DNA of 57,028 bases, counting the filler, from Dugesia japonica (Eukaryota), in the NCBI GenBank assembly GCA_001938525.1. It is 5 parts of 5 records of this genome, joined end to end, with 100 filler letters (N's around TTAATTAATTAA, not from the genome) between each part and the next. Parts side by side here need not be neighbours in the genome. Positions count along the whole stretch, not along the records: positions 1 to 18,937 come from MQRL01586133.1; positions 19,038 to 27,948 come from MQRL01643258.1; 3 more parts are not named here. The stretch is one strand, 5' to 3'. The position numbers were made by a program, and so were the translations under genes. Shown piece after piece: positions 13,801 through 23,860 of the stretch (position 1 is the first letter of the stretch; each line of letters begins with the position of its first letter). The notes under the pieces were generated by a model. It was not told the origin of the DNA. It made no database searches and saw nothing but the letters and a program-made list of their open reading frames with translations.

Positions 13801-16800
13801 ACTTAACAATTTCTTGTGAGTAACACAATATCCTTTTTCGTGATTGTTTAAAGTTCGAGAAACATATGATATGACCTTTTCCAATCAGTTATCCATTATT
13901 TGACTCAAACCCCTCCCCAATTGCTCCAAAGCTAGCATCAGTATCCAATATTATTTCACCCCTATTATTTGGGAAAGTCAAAATCGGAGCACTATACAAT
14001 TTTATCTTCAGAGATTGAAAACTATATTCACATTCTTTTGTCCATTCAATGTTTTTTTCTTGTCCTGTCGTCGTTGCATACTATGATGCTGCAAGTAAAG
14101 CATAATCTTTTATAAAATGCCTGTAATAATTTATTATTCCTAAGAACGCTCGTATTTGCGTGGCACATTTTGGCGTTACGGCTGCTCGAATTCTTTTGAT
14201 AGTTTTATCATTTGTCTCTAAACCTTTAGGGCTAATTGTATGACCTAAAAAATTCAGCTTCTGGGAATTGTACACATATTTATTGGGATTTATTTTTAAA
14301 CCCGCATATTTTAGTAGCTGAAAAACTTTACCAACTCGTTTGTCGTGCTTCTCTTTAGTTTTTCCATTTATTAAAATATCATCCAGATATATTAATACTC
14401 CTTTGTACAACATTCCTTCAAATAATTTATGCATCAAGCTTTTAAATGTTGCTGGCGCAGTACATAATCCGAAAGGCATTCGATTAAAACAAAATTGACC
14501 CATCTTTGTACTAAAAGCCGTCTTCAGTTTTAGTTCTTCACTTAGTTCAATTTGATAATATGCTTGCCCTAAATCTAAAGAAAAAAATAAAACTGATACT
14601 TTAAGCGTATCTAATAATAATTGAATATCTAGAACTAGAAACGAATACTTTTCTGTAATTAAATTCAATTTTCTATAATCAATACACATTCTTATCGTCC
14701 CATCTTTCTTTGGTATAATTTTCAATGGGGAATTTAATGAACTTCTGCGACTTCTAATATTTTTGATTTTCTCAGATTTTCTAACAATTCATCTATTTTA
14801 TTTTATAAAAGCATTATAGACGATATGATTGAAATTATAACTTCATCGGTTCAAGGTAATGATAATAACTAATATTAAGTTCCTGAAGAAGACGATTGTC
14901 AAAAATTTGAACATTTTTACAAATACATTTTATTTTGATCAAATCTTTTTCTTTATTTTAATGAAATCTCAAATGTGGTTAATGGTTAAGTCCAACAATT
15001 ATTCTCACAATAGTCGTAATTATAAAATATTAATTTAAATAATTATTTAATAGTAGATGATGTAGAGAAAATGATGTAGAAATAGTTGAAATAGATGCAA
15101 CATCAGAGGAAGAGATGAACGATATTCAACCAAAAAATGATATTATTGCCGAGAAATTGATTGATGCACAAGCAAATGATGTCAATATTGATGAGGAAAT
15201 AATTGATATACCTCCAAATGATGTCATTTTTGATGAAGTAATACCTGATATGCCTACAAATAATGATATGATGAATAATTAAATGACTGGTTCACAGTCC
15301 GATGTGAAAATACATGATAAAGAAAATACGATGAAGACACATTGATTGCATTTTTACGTGATTAATAAAGAACATGTATGATTTCAATAAATTTTTCTAA
15401 AAATTGTCTTTTGTGTGTGTTATGTTACATAAATATTTCAATTGTAATGCATAGATATCAATAAAATACTACCAAAAATGCATAGAGGTCAATACAAAAC
15501 ACAAATATTACATTAGTGACATTACATTTACATAAAAAATGTTTACAAAATTGCAAAGAAGTCATTTTAAGATGCATAGAAATCCACAATGTTTTTTAAA
15601 TTTCCAAGTATAATATAGGGAAAAACAGCTCAGAAAATACATAGAAGTTATTAAAAATATTTACAAAAATTTCAGATTACATAGATGTCAATACCGATTA
15701 CATAGAAAAGTTTTCAAAATACATAAAGTTAACAGTCATTGCAAATAATTCTCAAACTTCATAGATACCAATACATAAGAATTGTAAGTGTGTGCGTGTG
15801 TTCATAAGTTATAATTAAATACAACAAATTAAAAATTTTTCATAATGATTTTTTAATAATTTTATCCACTTATAATTTTTAAGTAGTTAAATATAACATC
15901 TATATCATATATACATAAATGAAATTTAAAATTTTTCATAATCATTTTAAAATAATTTTATCTACTTATAATTTGTAAGTAGTTAAATATATCATCTGTA
16001 TCATAAATACATCATAAATGAATTTTAAAATTTTTTAAACATTTTAAATAATTTTATCTACTTATAATTTCATTTAAAATTAAAGCTTCGATCAAAATTT
16101 TTGTTATTGATATTGATATTGGATAGCAATTCGATATTTCGACTAAGTCTTCTTCAGGAATTGACTTTTCCTGAAGATAATTCCTGAAGAAGACTTAGTC
16201 GAAATATCGAATTGCTATCAAATATCAATAAAAAAACAAAACTTTTGATCGAAGCTTTTATTTTAAATGAATTCTGTAAAACGATCAATGGTTATGTCCA
16301 ACAATTATTCTCGCAATAATTGCAATTGTAAAATACTTATAATTTGTCAGTAATTAATTTATACATTTTTTTTCAATTAATTTCAAATTTTTAATTAAAA
16401 ATCACGCGATAATTTATCCAATTAAATCGAGTGGGCCACTTTTAAAAAGTAAAAATAATTCTGGTGGATTAAAACAAAATAATCAATTAATTTGGATATA
16501 TTTCAGTACCAAGTCAAAGTTCAGCCCAGTAAGTTTTAATTATTTTCATTGATTAAAACAAAATAATCAATTAATTTATTTATATTTCAGCACCAGGTCA
16601 AAGGTCAAACCCGTACATTTGCACATGGTCCAAAAGTCAATCCACCAAATTTCTAGGCCAGTTCAAAGTTCAGGCCATTGATTTTCGAAGCCACTTTGCC
16701 GGCGGGGGGAGGTTGTCTAGTGCGCAACTATCCCTCTACTCGTACTTACGTAAAACCAATAGTGAGATAACTGTGGCAAATCTTTGAATGAGATCAAAAT

Positions 16801-17508
16801 GGCATTGATAAATAAACCGATAGAGTTTTCCAGTTATTGAAAAATTTTTATACTGGATATAGGTGCAAGTTTTGACCCATAGAATCAGTTTTATCACAAA
16901 GAGATGATATTAGATTATAAACTACCATTGCATACGTATAATATGTAATGTTAGTCTATGAGAAAGAATACTGCATAGCGGAAAAAGAACTGTTAACAAT
17001 TTTCTATTTTTGCAATAATTTTAAAAATTAGTTATATGGTAAAAAATATAATATAAAGTATTTATAACCTTATAAACTGAATATCCTTTATTTTAAATGC
17101 AATATAATTGTATTTAGATTACTAACTTTGCTTGAATGGCTGATTTCTTTAACATATCACAATTTTTTCTATTAAATTCCGATTTTTCCAAAATATCATC
17201 GACATTAGTTAATTTCTTTTTTCTGTTGAATATCTCTCTTTCTAATGCTGTAATTTCATTTTCTTTAAAAGACACTTCAAATTTATTGATATTCTTTATT
17301 AACTAACAAAAAGTTAAATTTATCAAAAAAAATTCATTACTGATATAAAATCTTCCTCATTTACGGAAGAATTTGCATTTTTTTTTAATTTTTGTAGAAG
17401 ACTCAGAACTTTTGAATGATGTGATACAATGACATTTTCAGTGACATTGATTAATTTAGCAGTTTCTTTATATTCTGATTTTGCTTTATTATATCCTGCT
17501 TTAATTTC
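1891..17508 (-). CDS. Laminin beta chain-like gene, 3' part (coiled-coil domain I); exons 17508-17341, 17302-17127, 10441-10300, 8989-8816, 3375-3243, 2030-1891
   Basis: Six open exons with GT-AG boundaries and mutually compatible phases (0,2,0,0,1). Spliced product is a heptad-rich coil with many N-x-S/T sites. EITALEREIFNRKKKLTNVDDILEKS resembles laminin beta domain I, and the C-terminus IYSKSEYHAGCLP* has the terminal Tyr..Cys typical of beta chains. The 5' part is off-contig and extra exons are possible. Confidence 0.75.
2080..2720 (-). mobile_element. Penelope-like element fragment (RT thumb/linker region), decayed
   Basis: 2160-2320 is clearly homologous to 32985-33140 of the PLE below (CATCACAAATGCATT...TGCATGATTTGGCTACATTTCTC). 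Confidence 0.7.
3931..6566 (+). mobile_element. hAT (Tip100/ZMYM1-like) DNA transposon with decayed, internally deleted transposase
   Basis: TIRs CATGGCCGGCT / AGCCGGCGCTG, GC-rich subtermini, and 8-bp TSD-like TGCTTAAG/TGTTTCAG. Broken frames at 4840-5770 give a TTF-type Zn finger (LIYSK..NKVWCFPC..FNDW..HKRSVHH) and DUF4371-like HNGNF..LLELIARFDPVLKDHL. Confidence 0.8.
6204..6247 (+). ncRNA. Minimal type-I hammerhead ribozyme, family A (PLE pseudo-LTR)
   Basis: AACATGTTC-CTGAAGA-A-GAC(TATT)GTC-GAAA-AT-TT-GAACTTGTT. Helix I pairs at 8/9 positions and the core is intact. Confidence 0.75.
7094..7140 (-). ncRNA. Minimal type-I hammerhead ribozyme, family B
   Basis: Reverse strand reads TTTTTGT-CTGATGA-T-GGTGG(TTGCT)CCGTC-GAAA-TATA-TA-ACAATAA. 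Intact core, palindromic helix III loop, downstream of a PLE GIY-YIG. Confidence 0.8.
7490..8300 (-). mobile_element. Penelope-like element 3' fragment (GIY-YIG endonuclease), decayed
   Basis: Minus-strand SDITYIG*TARHLCIRVQDH...NIAEH and terminal LFEALMVRFHNPSINIQ are PLE GIY-YIG motifs. Hammerhead at 7094-7140 follows. The upstream boundary is approximate. Confidence 0.7.
11290..11372. repeat. Imperfect (AAT)n/(ATT)n microsatellite
   Basis: Directly visible. Confidence 0.8.
11409..11567. mobile_element. piggyBac-type MITE (159 bp)
   Basis: TIRs CCCTACAGTGCA(T/C)G at 13/14 identity, TTAA TSD on both sides (11405-11408, 11568-11571). Removing it restores the host inverted-repeat arm. Confidence 0.9.
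12289..14830 (-). mobile_element. Ty3/gypsy LTR retrotransposon pol (RT-RNaseH-integrase), frameshifted
   Basis: RT: RMCIDYRKLN, LDLGQAYYQI, MPFGLCTAPATF, YLDDILI. RNase H: ILDTDAS, TDHKAL. Integrase: MDIAYF, LTDRAKIF, SPFEIIFG. Polypurine tract AAAAGAGAGAGGGCAG at 12289-12304. Confidence 0.92.
14878..15030 (+). mobile_element. PLE family-A pseudo-LTR with mutated hammerhead (GAAA>AAAA)
   Basis: AGTTC-CTGAAGA-AGACGATTGTC-AAAA-ATTT-GAAC, followed by the conserved tail GTCCAACAATTATTCTC.CAATA. Confidence 0.7.
16127..16163 (-). ncRNA. Minimal type-I hammerhead ribozyme, family A
   Basis: CAATTC-CTGAAGA-A-GAC(TTA)GTC-GAAA-TA-TC-GAATTG. Perfect 6-bp helix I, AUC cleavage triplet. Confidence 0.8.
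16178..16214 (+). ncRNA. Minimal type-I hammerhead ribozyme, family A
   Basis: TAATTC-CTGAAGA-A-GAC(TTA)GTC-GAAA-TA-TC-GAATTG. Confidence 0.8.
16780..17050 (+). pseudogene. Ty3/gypsy RNase H fragment
   Basis: Broken frames FILDIGAS ... EKEYCIAEKELLTIFYFCNNFKN*LYGKK. Confidence 0.65.
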
Positions 17509-17639
17509 CTGAATAATAATACAAAATATAATTAATGTTAAATTATTTTTTTATAATAATTATCGTTTTTATTATGACTTTTATAATTAATGAACTTATT
17601 AAATTGTTACTTTAAAACCGAAAATAAAATTAATCTTTG

Positions 17640-18937
17640 AGTATCGAAACTTCAAAAATGGAATAGAGGACCGGAATAGAGAGTAACTCCATGAAAATTT
17701 TCTTTTAAATATTCTTCTATAGTAATTTTCACAATATTCCTATTTTTACCATTTGATTCATAGTGATATAAATAAAAAAACAAAAAAATCAAAGGGAAAA
17801 TAAAGAAAATAATATATTAAGCGGTGAAATTAGTAAAATAAAATTAAAAACAGAGAATATAAAGAGACAACAAGCTAAAAAACTAAAATCAATTAATGAA
17901 AATAAGTAAAAATATAAACAATTTTTCGTGATTGTGATAAAGAGAAAATATTTAGAAATGAGAATAATAATAACCTGTTAACCAAAACTCCAAATTTCAC
18001 CATGAAGAAAAATGAATTTAATAAAAGAAGTAAAATCAATTAAGCATAAAACGAAAATAGAAAAATAAGCAATATATATCGTGAGAACAGATAAATTATA
18101 TAATCAAAGGACATTAAAAAAGATAGAGAAATATATTAAAAACTGGGGAAAAGATTATTGCCATGTCAAAAAAATCGCTTGTTATAACTATTCAGGAATT
18201 ATTAAAATATAGAAGAAATTTTTTTTTTATATATTTTTGATAAATAAAATAAAAAAATTTTATCTATTACTTAAAAAAGGTTTTCAATATTACCAGTCAA
18301 AACTTAATATATTAAAACAAATTGATATTGCCATTTTGCAATTTTCCATCTATTAATAATTATTTAAACAAATATTCAACGTCCTAAAATATTGAAAATA
18401 CTAAAATATTAAAAAAAAATTGAAAAATCTTTATTTAAAAAATTCAAAAAATATTATAAATTTACAATACAATTTTTTAAAAATATTTATATTTGTATAA
18501 AAAAATAAAATAATTAAAAAATTTTCTTATATTTTCTAATTTAGAAACAGAAATTGAAATTTGCAAATAAAAAATTATCAAAAACTATTAATTTTTACAG
18601 CAAACACAATAATACCAAAAAAATAATTAAAACCTCAAAAGAAACTGTTGAAAAAAAGTAAAATTATGTAAAACTAATAATTGAAGGTTCATCATTGTCA
18701 AAAAACGCAACAATCAATGAAAATAATTAAAATACAATAACCAAACCGCAGTAAACACATTTAGAAAGTGTAAAAAATCGTAATATAAATAATTAATTTG
18801 AAGAAAATGTGTTAACTGATATAATTTTTACAATTACAATTCCTGACGAAGACAAAGTCGAAAATTCGAAATTCTATCAAGAACTAAAAAACATTATGTT
18901 AAAAAAGAAAAACAATATTTTGATCGTAGAGTTTATT
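17640..18937 (+). mobile_element. Highly decayed PLE relic ending in a family-A pseudo-LTR
   Basis: A-rich decayed coding-like sequence (EGSSLS resembles the RT MGSPLS motif) ending in the hammerhead and TTTTGATCG tail. Truncated by the contig end. Confidence 0.45.
18837..18873 (+). ncRNA. Minimal type-I hammerhead ribozyme, family A
   Basis: CAATTC-CTGACGA-A-GAC(AAA)GTC-GAAA-AT-TC-GAAATT. Confidence 0.7.
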
Positions 18938-19037
18938 NNNNNNNNNNNNNNNNNNNNNNNNNNNNNNNNNNNNNNNNNNNNTTAATTAATTAANNNNNNN
19001 NNNNNNNNNNNNNNNNNNNNNNNNNNNNNNNNNNNNN
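18938..19037. other. Artificial contig spacer (44N-TTAATTAATTAA-44N)
   Basis: Exactly 100 bp with a six-frame stop linker, repeated identically four times in the window. Confidence 0.97.
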
Positions 19038-20030
19038 AGTAGTAATTTGAGCGAGCACAATCTGGTGAATAGGAAGCATGCTGTAGAATTTACCATTTAA
19101 GTGCTTTCACGTATTTTTTACTTAATTTGAGACATGTGGTCGAGGATTGTCGTGCAGCAAAATTATTTGACGTTGCATGTTAGCTAGAATCGGACGTTTT
19201 TCATTCAATTCATGATTCATATCAATTAATTGTTGTTAGTAAAGTTCATCCATAATAGTTTCGTTTGATTTTAAGACATCATAGTACACCACTCTTTTCT
19301 GATCCCACCACATGCACAATGCCTTACCTCCATTTCTTTTTGCTGTTGACGTGAATGGATTGTCTAGATGAACCCAATATTTTTTGTGTTTACGGTTATA
19401 GTAATAAATTTCTTTTTNATCACCAGTCAGAATGCGATGCGGAAAGTGCCATCTACGATGAATTGCAAACTATTATACGATTTTCAATGTTGGCTTGTGT
19501 TAGTTCATGTGGTATCCATTTTCCTTTCTTTAGAATCATTTTCATAGCATATAGGCATTAGCTTATGGCTGTTTGACATTTAACTGTTTTGCAAGTTCCT
19601 TTTCTGTTTAAGCTGAGTTTTTCTTCAATAATGCTTCCATTTCTTTATCTACGAATTTCTTTGGTTGACCAGGAAGGTTCATTATCACTGACATCAAAAT
19701 CACCACATTTGAAACGTTTAAAACAATTGTTGCAAGTATGTTGCATTGGTGCATGTTCGTCTTAAATATCTTGAAGCAAACGAAAACTTTCAGCAGCTTT
19801 TTTGTTTTGATTAAAACGAAAAAATAATACTTCCTGAATATTATGCTTTGTTGGTACGCATTTTGACATGTTTGATACTTAAAAAAATGAATTTCACGAA
19901 TATTGATATATTAAATTAAAATATAGAATATCTATACTTTAAAATGATGTAAGTATCACTGCAAAAGAATGTTTTATGTAAAAATTATACTAACTCTTCG
20001 AAAATCTAAAAACCTAAGTTATACACTTAA
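19038..20030 (-). mobile_element. mariner (Mos1-like) transposon, decayed and truncated by contig end
   Basis: Minus frames KKAAESFRLL, FKRFKCGDFDVSD, GKWIPHELT, IILLHDNPRPHV. TIR TTAAGTGTATAACTT next to TA at 20031-20032. Confidence 0.88.
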
Positions 20031-21217
20031 TATAATGGATATTGCAAGAATAAGAATTTTTACTTCTAAGACGATTGATAGTAAATTCGAATTCAAATGA
20101 CCATTACTGACCGACAAAATTGTATTTGTAGTTTATTATTCTGATTTTAATGGTGCAGAAATAATATTATGACGTTAAATAATCAATATTAACCAGTAGT
20201 AGTTTATTAAGCAATAATAGAGTTTTTTTTATTCTGCATTGAATTGCATAAAAATATTTACAAAACTATTATTAATTTAATTATAATTTATAATTAATTA
20301 TATAATTATATATTATTTCTAGAACGAAGCATTTTTATATAGAAAACCCTAAATGAAATATGTTCAGTTTTTTATTCTAAGTTCAAAGATATCAAATTTG
20401 TTTGATTATCATAAGTATTTCCATAGTAAATATTTTTTTATCCAAGGTGGAACATGGCATACGGCAATTTTCTATCTTGAAATCCAAGCTTATTTCTACA
20501 ACAAACCCTAAATAAAATATCTTCAGAATTTTATTCTGATTCAAATGGTACAATTTAAAAAAACGATAAAATAAGGTTTGGTCGAAAAATTTTATAAAAC
20601 AAGGTGTGCGAGTGCTGCATACCATTTCCCCAGAAAACCAAGCATATTTATACAGCAAACTCTTTACAAAAAATGTTAAATTTTTACTTCTAAGACGATT
20701 GATAGTAAATTCGAATTCAAATGACCATTACTGACCGACAAAATTAAGTCAGAATTTCCATTTTCGATCAATCAGATTTGAAATCAAAATTATTTTCTTA
20801 TCAAAATGTCGACCAATCATATAATTTTTAGAATACTAACACAGTGAACACGTCAAATTTTCTAATACAGTCGACGGAGTGAGGAGTTTTTGCCAGTGCT
20901 GCACTATTTACTATTAGATACTGGTAATTTTCTCAAAAGCTTCAATTATCTTATCTCCCAATCTCACTGATTTATAAAGCAATTTATTATGACATATACA
21001 ATAGTTTATTAACAGTTATACAAATACACAAAATTCATTCACGAAATGTTCATTTTNAAGTAATGCGTGTAATATGTAACTTAACAAATTTATTTTTGAT
21101 TTTGTATATTCTTTTTAAATTTTAAGTATATTGAATAAAAATATAACTTATTACTACTACTTATAACTTTTTAATAAATATATAATTTATTACCATTTTG
21201 CTTTATAATAAAAGAAT

Positions 21218-21601
21218 CTACTTACTGACACAGCAACATTTTTGTCTATAATAATATTCTGTTCTATTTGTTCTCAATTTGGCAGAATCTAATCTCATTT
21301 GCAAAGTACACATACTATTAAGCTCATTGAATTGATATCCAAAGCATTTAAATTCAATTAGACAATCTTCTTCACAATACAGTAAAGTCGTATTATACAT
21401 ATTCGTCAGGTCGATTACTTCACATGAAAACCTTTGGGAATATTCAAAAATGAAATCTGGTGTATTGCAGTGTGATTTAAATTGGAAGCATCCTGAATCA
21501 GGACATGCCAAAGTCGGGCAATCTGCACAATAGACTGAATAGAGCAATGTTAGAAAAACTAAAAATAGATTCACTACATTAAAGATAATTGTATTTTTCA
21601 T
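21218..21601 (-). CDS. Small secreted cysteine-rich protein with a PAN/Apple-like domain
   Basis: Hydrophobic signal peptide and PAN signature CEEDCLIEFKCFGYQFNELNSMCTL. A GTAAGT donor overlaps the last codons, so it may splice to a further exon. Confidence 0.7.
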   Translation of the reverse strand: MKNTIIFNVVNLFLVFLTLLYSVYCADCPTLACPDSGCFQFKSHCNTPDFIFEYSQRFSCEVIDLTNMYNTTLLYCEEDCLIEFKCFGYQFNELNSMCTLQMRLDSAKLRTNRTEYYYRQKCCCVSK

Positions 21602-21694
21602 TTGATTCAGTCAATGAAATTAATTGATGTCAAATTATAAATCAATTAAATAATATTTTGTATTTATTTTATTTTTATTATGTGTATCTAAATC

Positions 21695-21970
21695 AGTGTT
21701 GACCAAACTTATTTGAGCCACGGCACATTTGTCTGAATTAAAACTTTTCACGGCACNNNNNNNNNNNNNNNNNNNNNNNNNNNNNNNNNNNACTTTTATT
21801 AAAGGTTTAAAATATTATTGCAAACAAATAAATTCCGCCTTTAATTGACCAATTAATATTTAAATTTAAACAACCGTCAAAATATCCCTTATTCAACTTC
21901 ATTTAATTAAGTTGTCAAAAAAACAGGGTATTTTTTACTATATTTGAAAATTTTCGCTGCACACGTTGGC
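21695..21970. mobile_element. hAT-Charlie-like MITE remnant
   Basis: Terminus CAGTGTTGACCAAACTT with repeated CACGGCAC subterminal motif. Second end is degraded. Confidence 0.4.
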
Positions 21971-22329
21971 ACTTGATATATTACCATCAGCAGACTTGAA
22001 TGATATAGTCTAATGAAATTTATAGTACTCATTGAAAAGCAAAATGGTGGGGGAGGAATTTATAAAAGTTAATTTTTTTAAGATAATAAATAAATATTCC
22101 AGATAAATTTAATTAAATTATAGAATTTTCTTACTAATATGTCTTATCAAAATATCAATTGCCAAATCTGTCCTGCAAAATCATATCCGCCACAAAAATT
22201 CGTAAATATTCAATTAGTGTACTAAACATATATTTAANTTTTCTCTTACATAAAAACCGAAGAACCTTCAATCGAATTTCATTTAAAAATTTTACCAATT
22301 AACAATTCAGACAATATAATAATAATATT

Positions 22330-23860
22330 TAAAACTCGATGTTTTTCCTTTGGCTGATTTCTTTCAGCAATTTAGACAAAAATCAATTGTTCACAATAGA
22401 CTTGAACCGCTTACTTTCTACCTTGATGACTCTTACTGATCCAATTCAGTTATTGACTGACAAGGACATGTAAACTTTCTTTGATGGTGGGATTAGAGTA
22501 GGTTTTATCTTTGTTAACAAGCATCATGTGGTTTCTGATAAAAACACTGATTTGTTATACATTGATATAAATAATTTATAAAGTTGGGCTTTAAGCCGAA
22601 GCTTCCGTATAAGGATTTTGATTGGGTCTTTTCTGGTTTCGATGACTCATTGAATAATTATTTGAATATAAACTTAGATTCTTTATTTTACAATTGTAAT
22701 TATTGCGAGAATAATTGTCAGACGAACCATTGATCATTTATCAAAATTCATTAAAATAAGAGCTTCAATCAAAATTTGTTTTTTGGTTTTTGGTATTCCG
22801 ACTTTGTCTACTTAAGGAAATGACTTTTTATTCTTTGACTTGGATTTTGAATTGACTTTTTTCTTTATTTTATGGTTATACTTCTGACGTTCCTAAATTC
22901 CTATAAATTACTATTGATTTACATGATTATTTGTTTGATCTTCCCGTTGCTGCTGAACACTAAAGTCCATCTGGATCTACGGTGACAAANTTTTTGATAA
23001 CACATTGTTCATTTGAAATAGTGGCAAATATACTTATAGTTAGGTGTAAGAATTAATAAAGTTTATAGAGCTGTTATTTTTATGCAGGACAATATTTTTA
23101 AGAAAATTTATTGATGATAATACCCAATTAAGAGCACAAAGTAATTCAGATCTTGATGAAAATTATTATAAACTCTTGAATAATATTCTTTATTCGAAAT
23201 CTGTAGAGAATTATAAAAAGAGAATGAATCTCAGACTTTGTAATTCAGCAAAAAAACTTGTAACTTATATGTCAAAAGCAGGGTTTAGGAAATTTATTAT
23301 GATAGATGATGACTTGATTACTGTCTTGCTAAATAAGGAATTGGTTTGGTTAGATAAACCTAATTACATTGGTCAAACAGTGCTTGATATTTCTAAATTA
23401 AGGATGTATCAATTACAGTATATTGAACTTGAGAAATCTAGGAAGGAAGAGAATTGTAAGATCAATATTGTTGCTGGTGATACCGATATCTTTTAAAGTT
23501 CAAGATATCAAATTAGATAAATTATTAAAACTTGTGGTAAGAAATAATCTGCTTGAAACTTCAAATTATTATAAAATACATCCTTTTTATAGTGATGAGT
23601 TGAATTTAGTTGTAGGAAAGGTCTCGAGACCTAAGTGCTAATGTCTTCTTAGAAGAAAAATAGTCGATGAAAGCTAAAGGTGTAATATTGAAATATAATG
23701 GTATTAACAATCCGTAATATCTTAATTGTTATAAAAACAATCAAAAGGTTTCAATGAAAAAATTCAAGATAAGGACTAAAAATCATCAGTTGTTTAGTTT
23801 TAATGATTCCAAGAAAGCACTAACTAACACATATGACATAAGAGTATGAGTAAAAAAGAA
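22330..23860 (+). pseudogene. Polinton/adintovirus-type protein-primed family B DNA polymerase, decayed
   Basis: GGIRVG, LLYIDINNL..WALS..LPYKDFDW, YKLLNNILYSKSVEN, LDKPNYIGQTVLDISKLRMY, AGDTD, KAKGV, in the expected order across frameshifts. Confidence 0.88.
22691..22860 (-). mobile_element. PLE family-A solo pseudo-LTR inserted in polB, hammerhead degenerate
   Basis: Reverse complement of the family-A tail. 12-bp TSD TTCTTTATTTTA (22679-22690, 22861-22872). polB frame (LDSLFYGY) rejoins on removal. Confidence 0.75.

Larger units (their letters stand above)
16071..16333. mobile_element. 263-bp non-coding PLE insertion: two inverted pseudo-LTRs, each with an intact hammerhead
   Basis: Perfect 12-bp TSD TACTTATAATTT (16059-16070, 16334-16345). 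16071-16163 is the reverse complement of ~16178-16270. Confidence 0.85.
11375..16360. mobile_element. Foldback-like DNA element with long modular inverted repeats (arms ~11375-12130 and ~15380-16360)
   Basis: 11575-11790 is the reverse complement of ~15695-16030. Arms contain recurring GACATCTATGTA / TACATAGATGTC sub-repeats. Exact termini and superfamily not resolved. Confidence 0.65.

Noticed and set aside
18982-18993. TTAATTAATTAA palindrome recurring four times between N runs
   Set aside because: Artificial six-frame-stop linker used to concatenate contigs; not biological.
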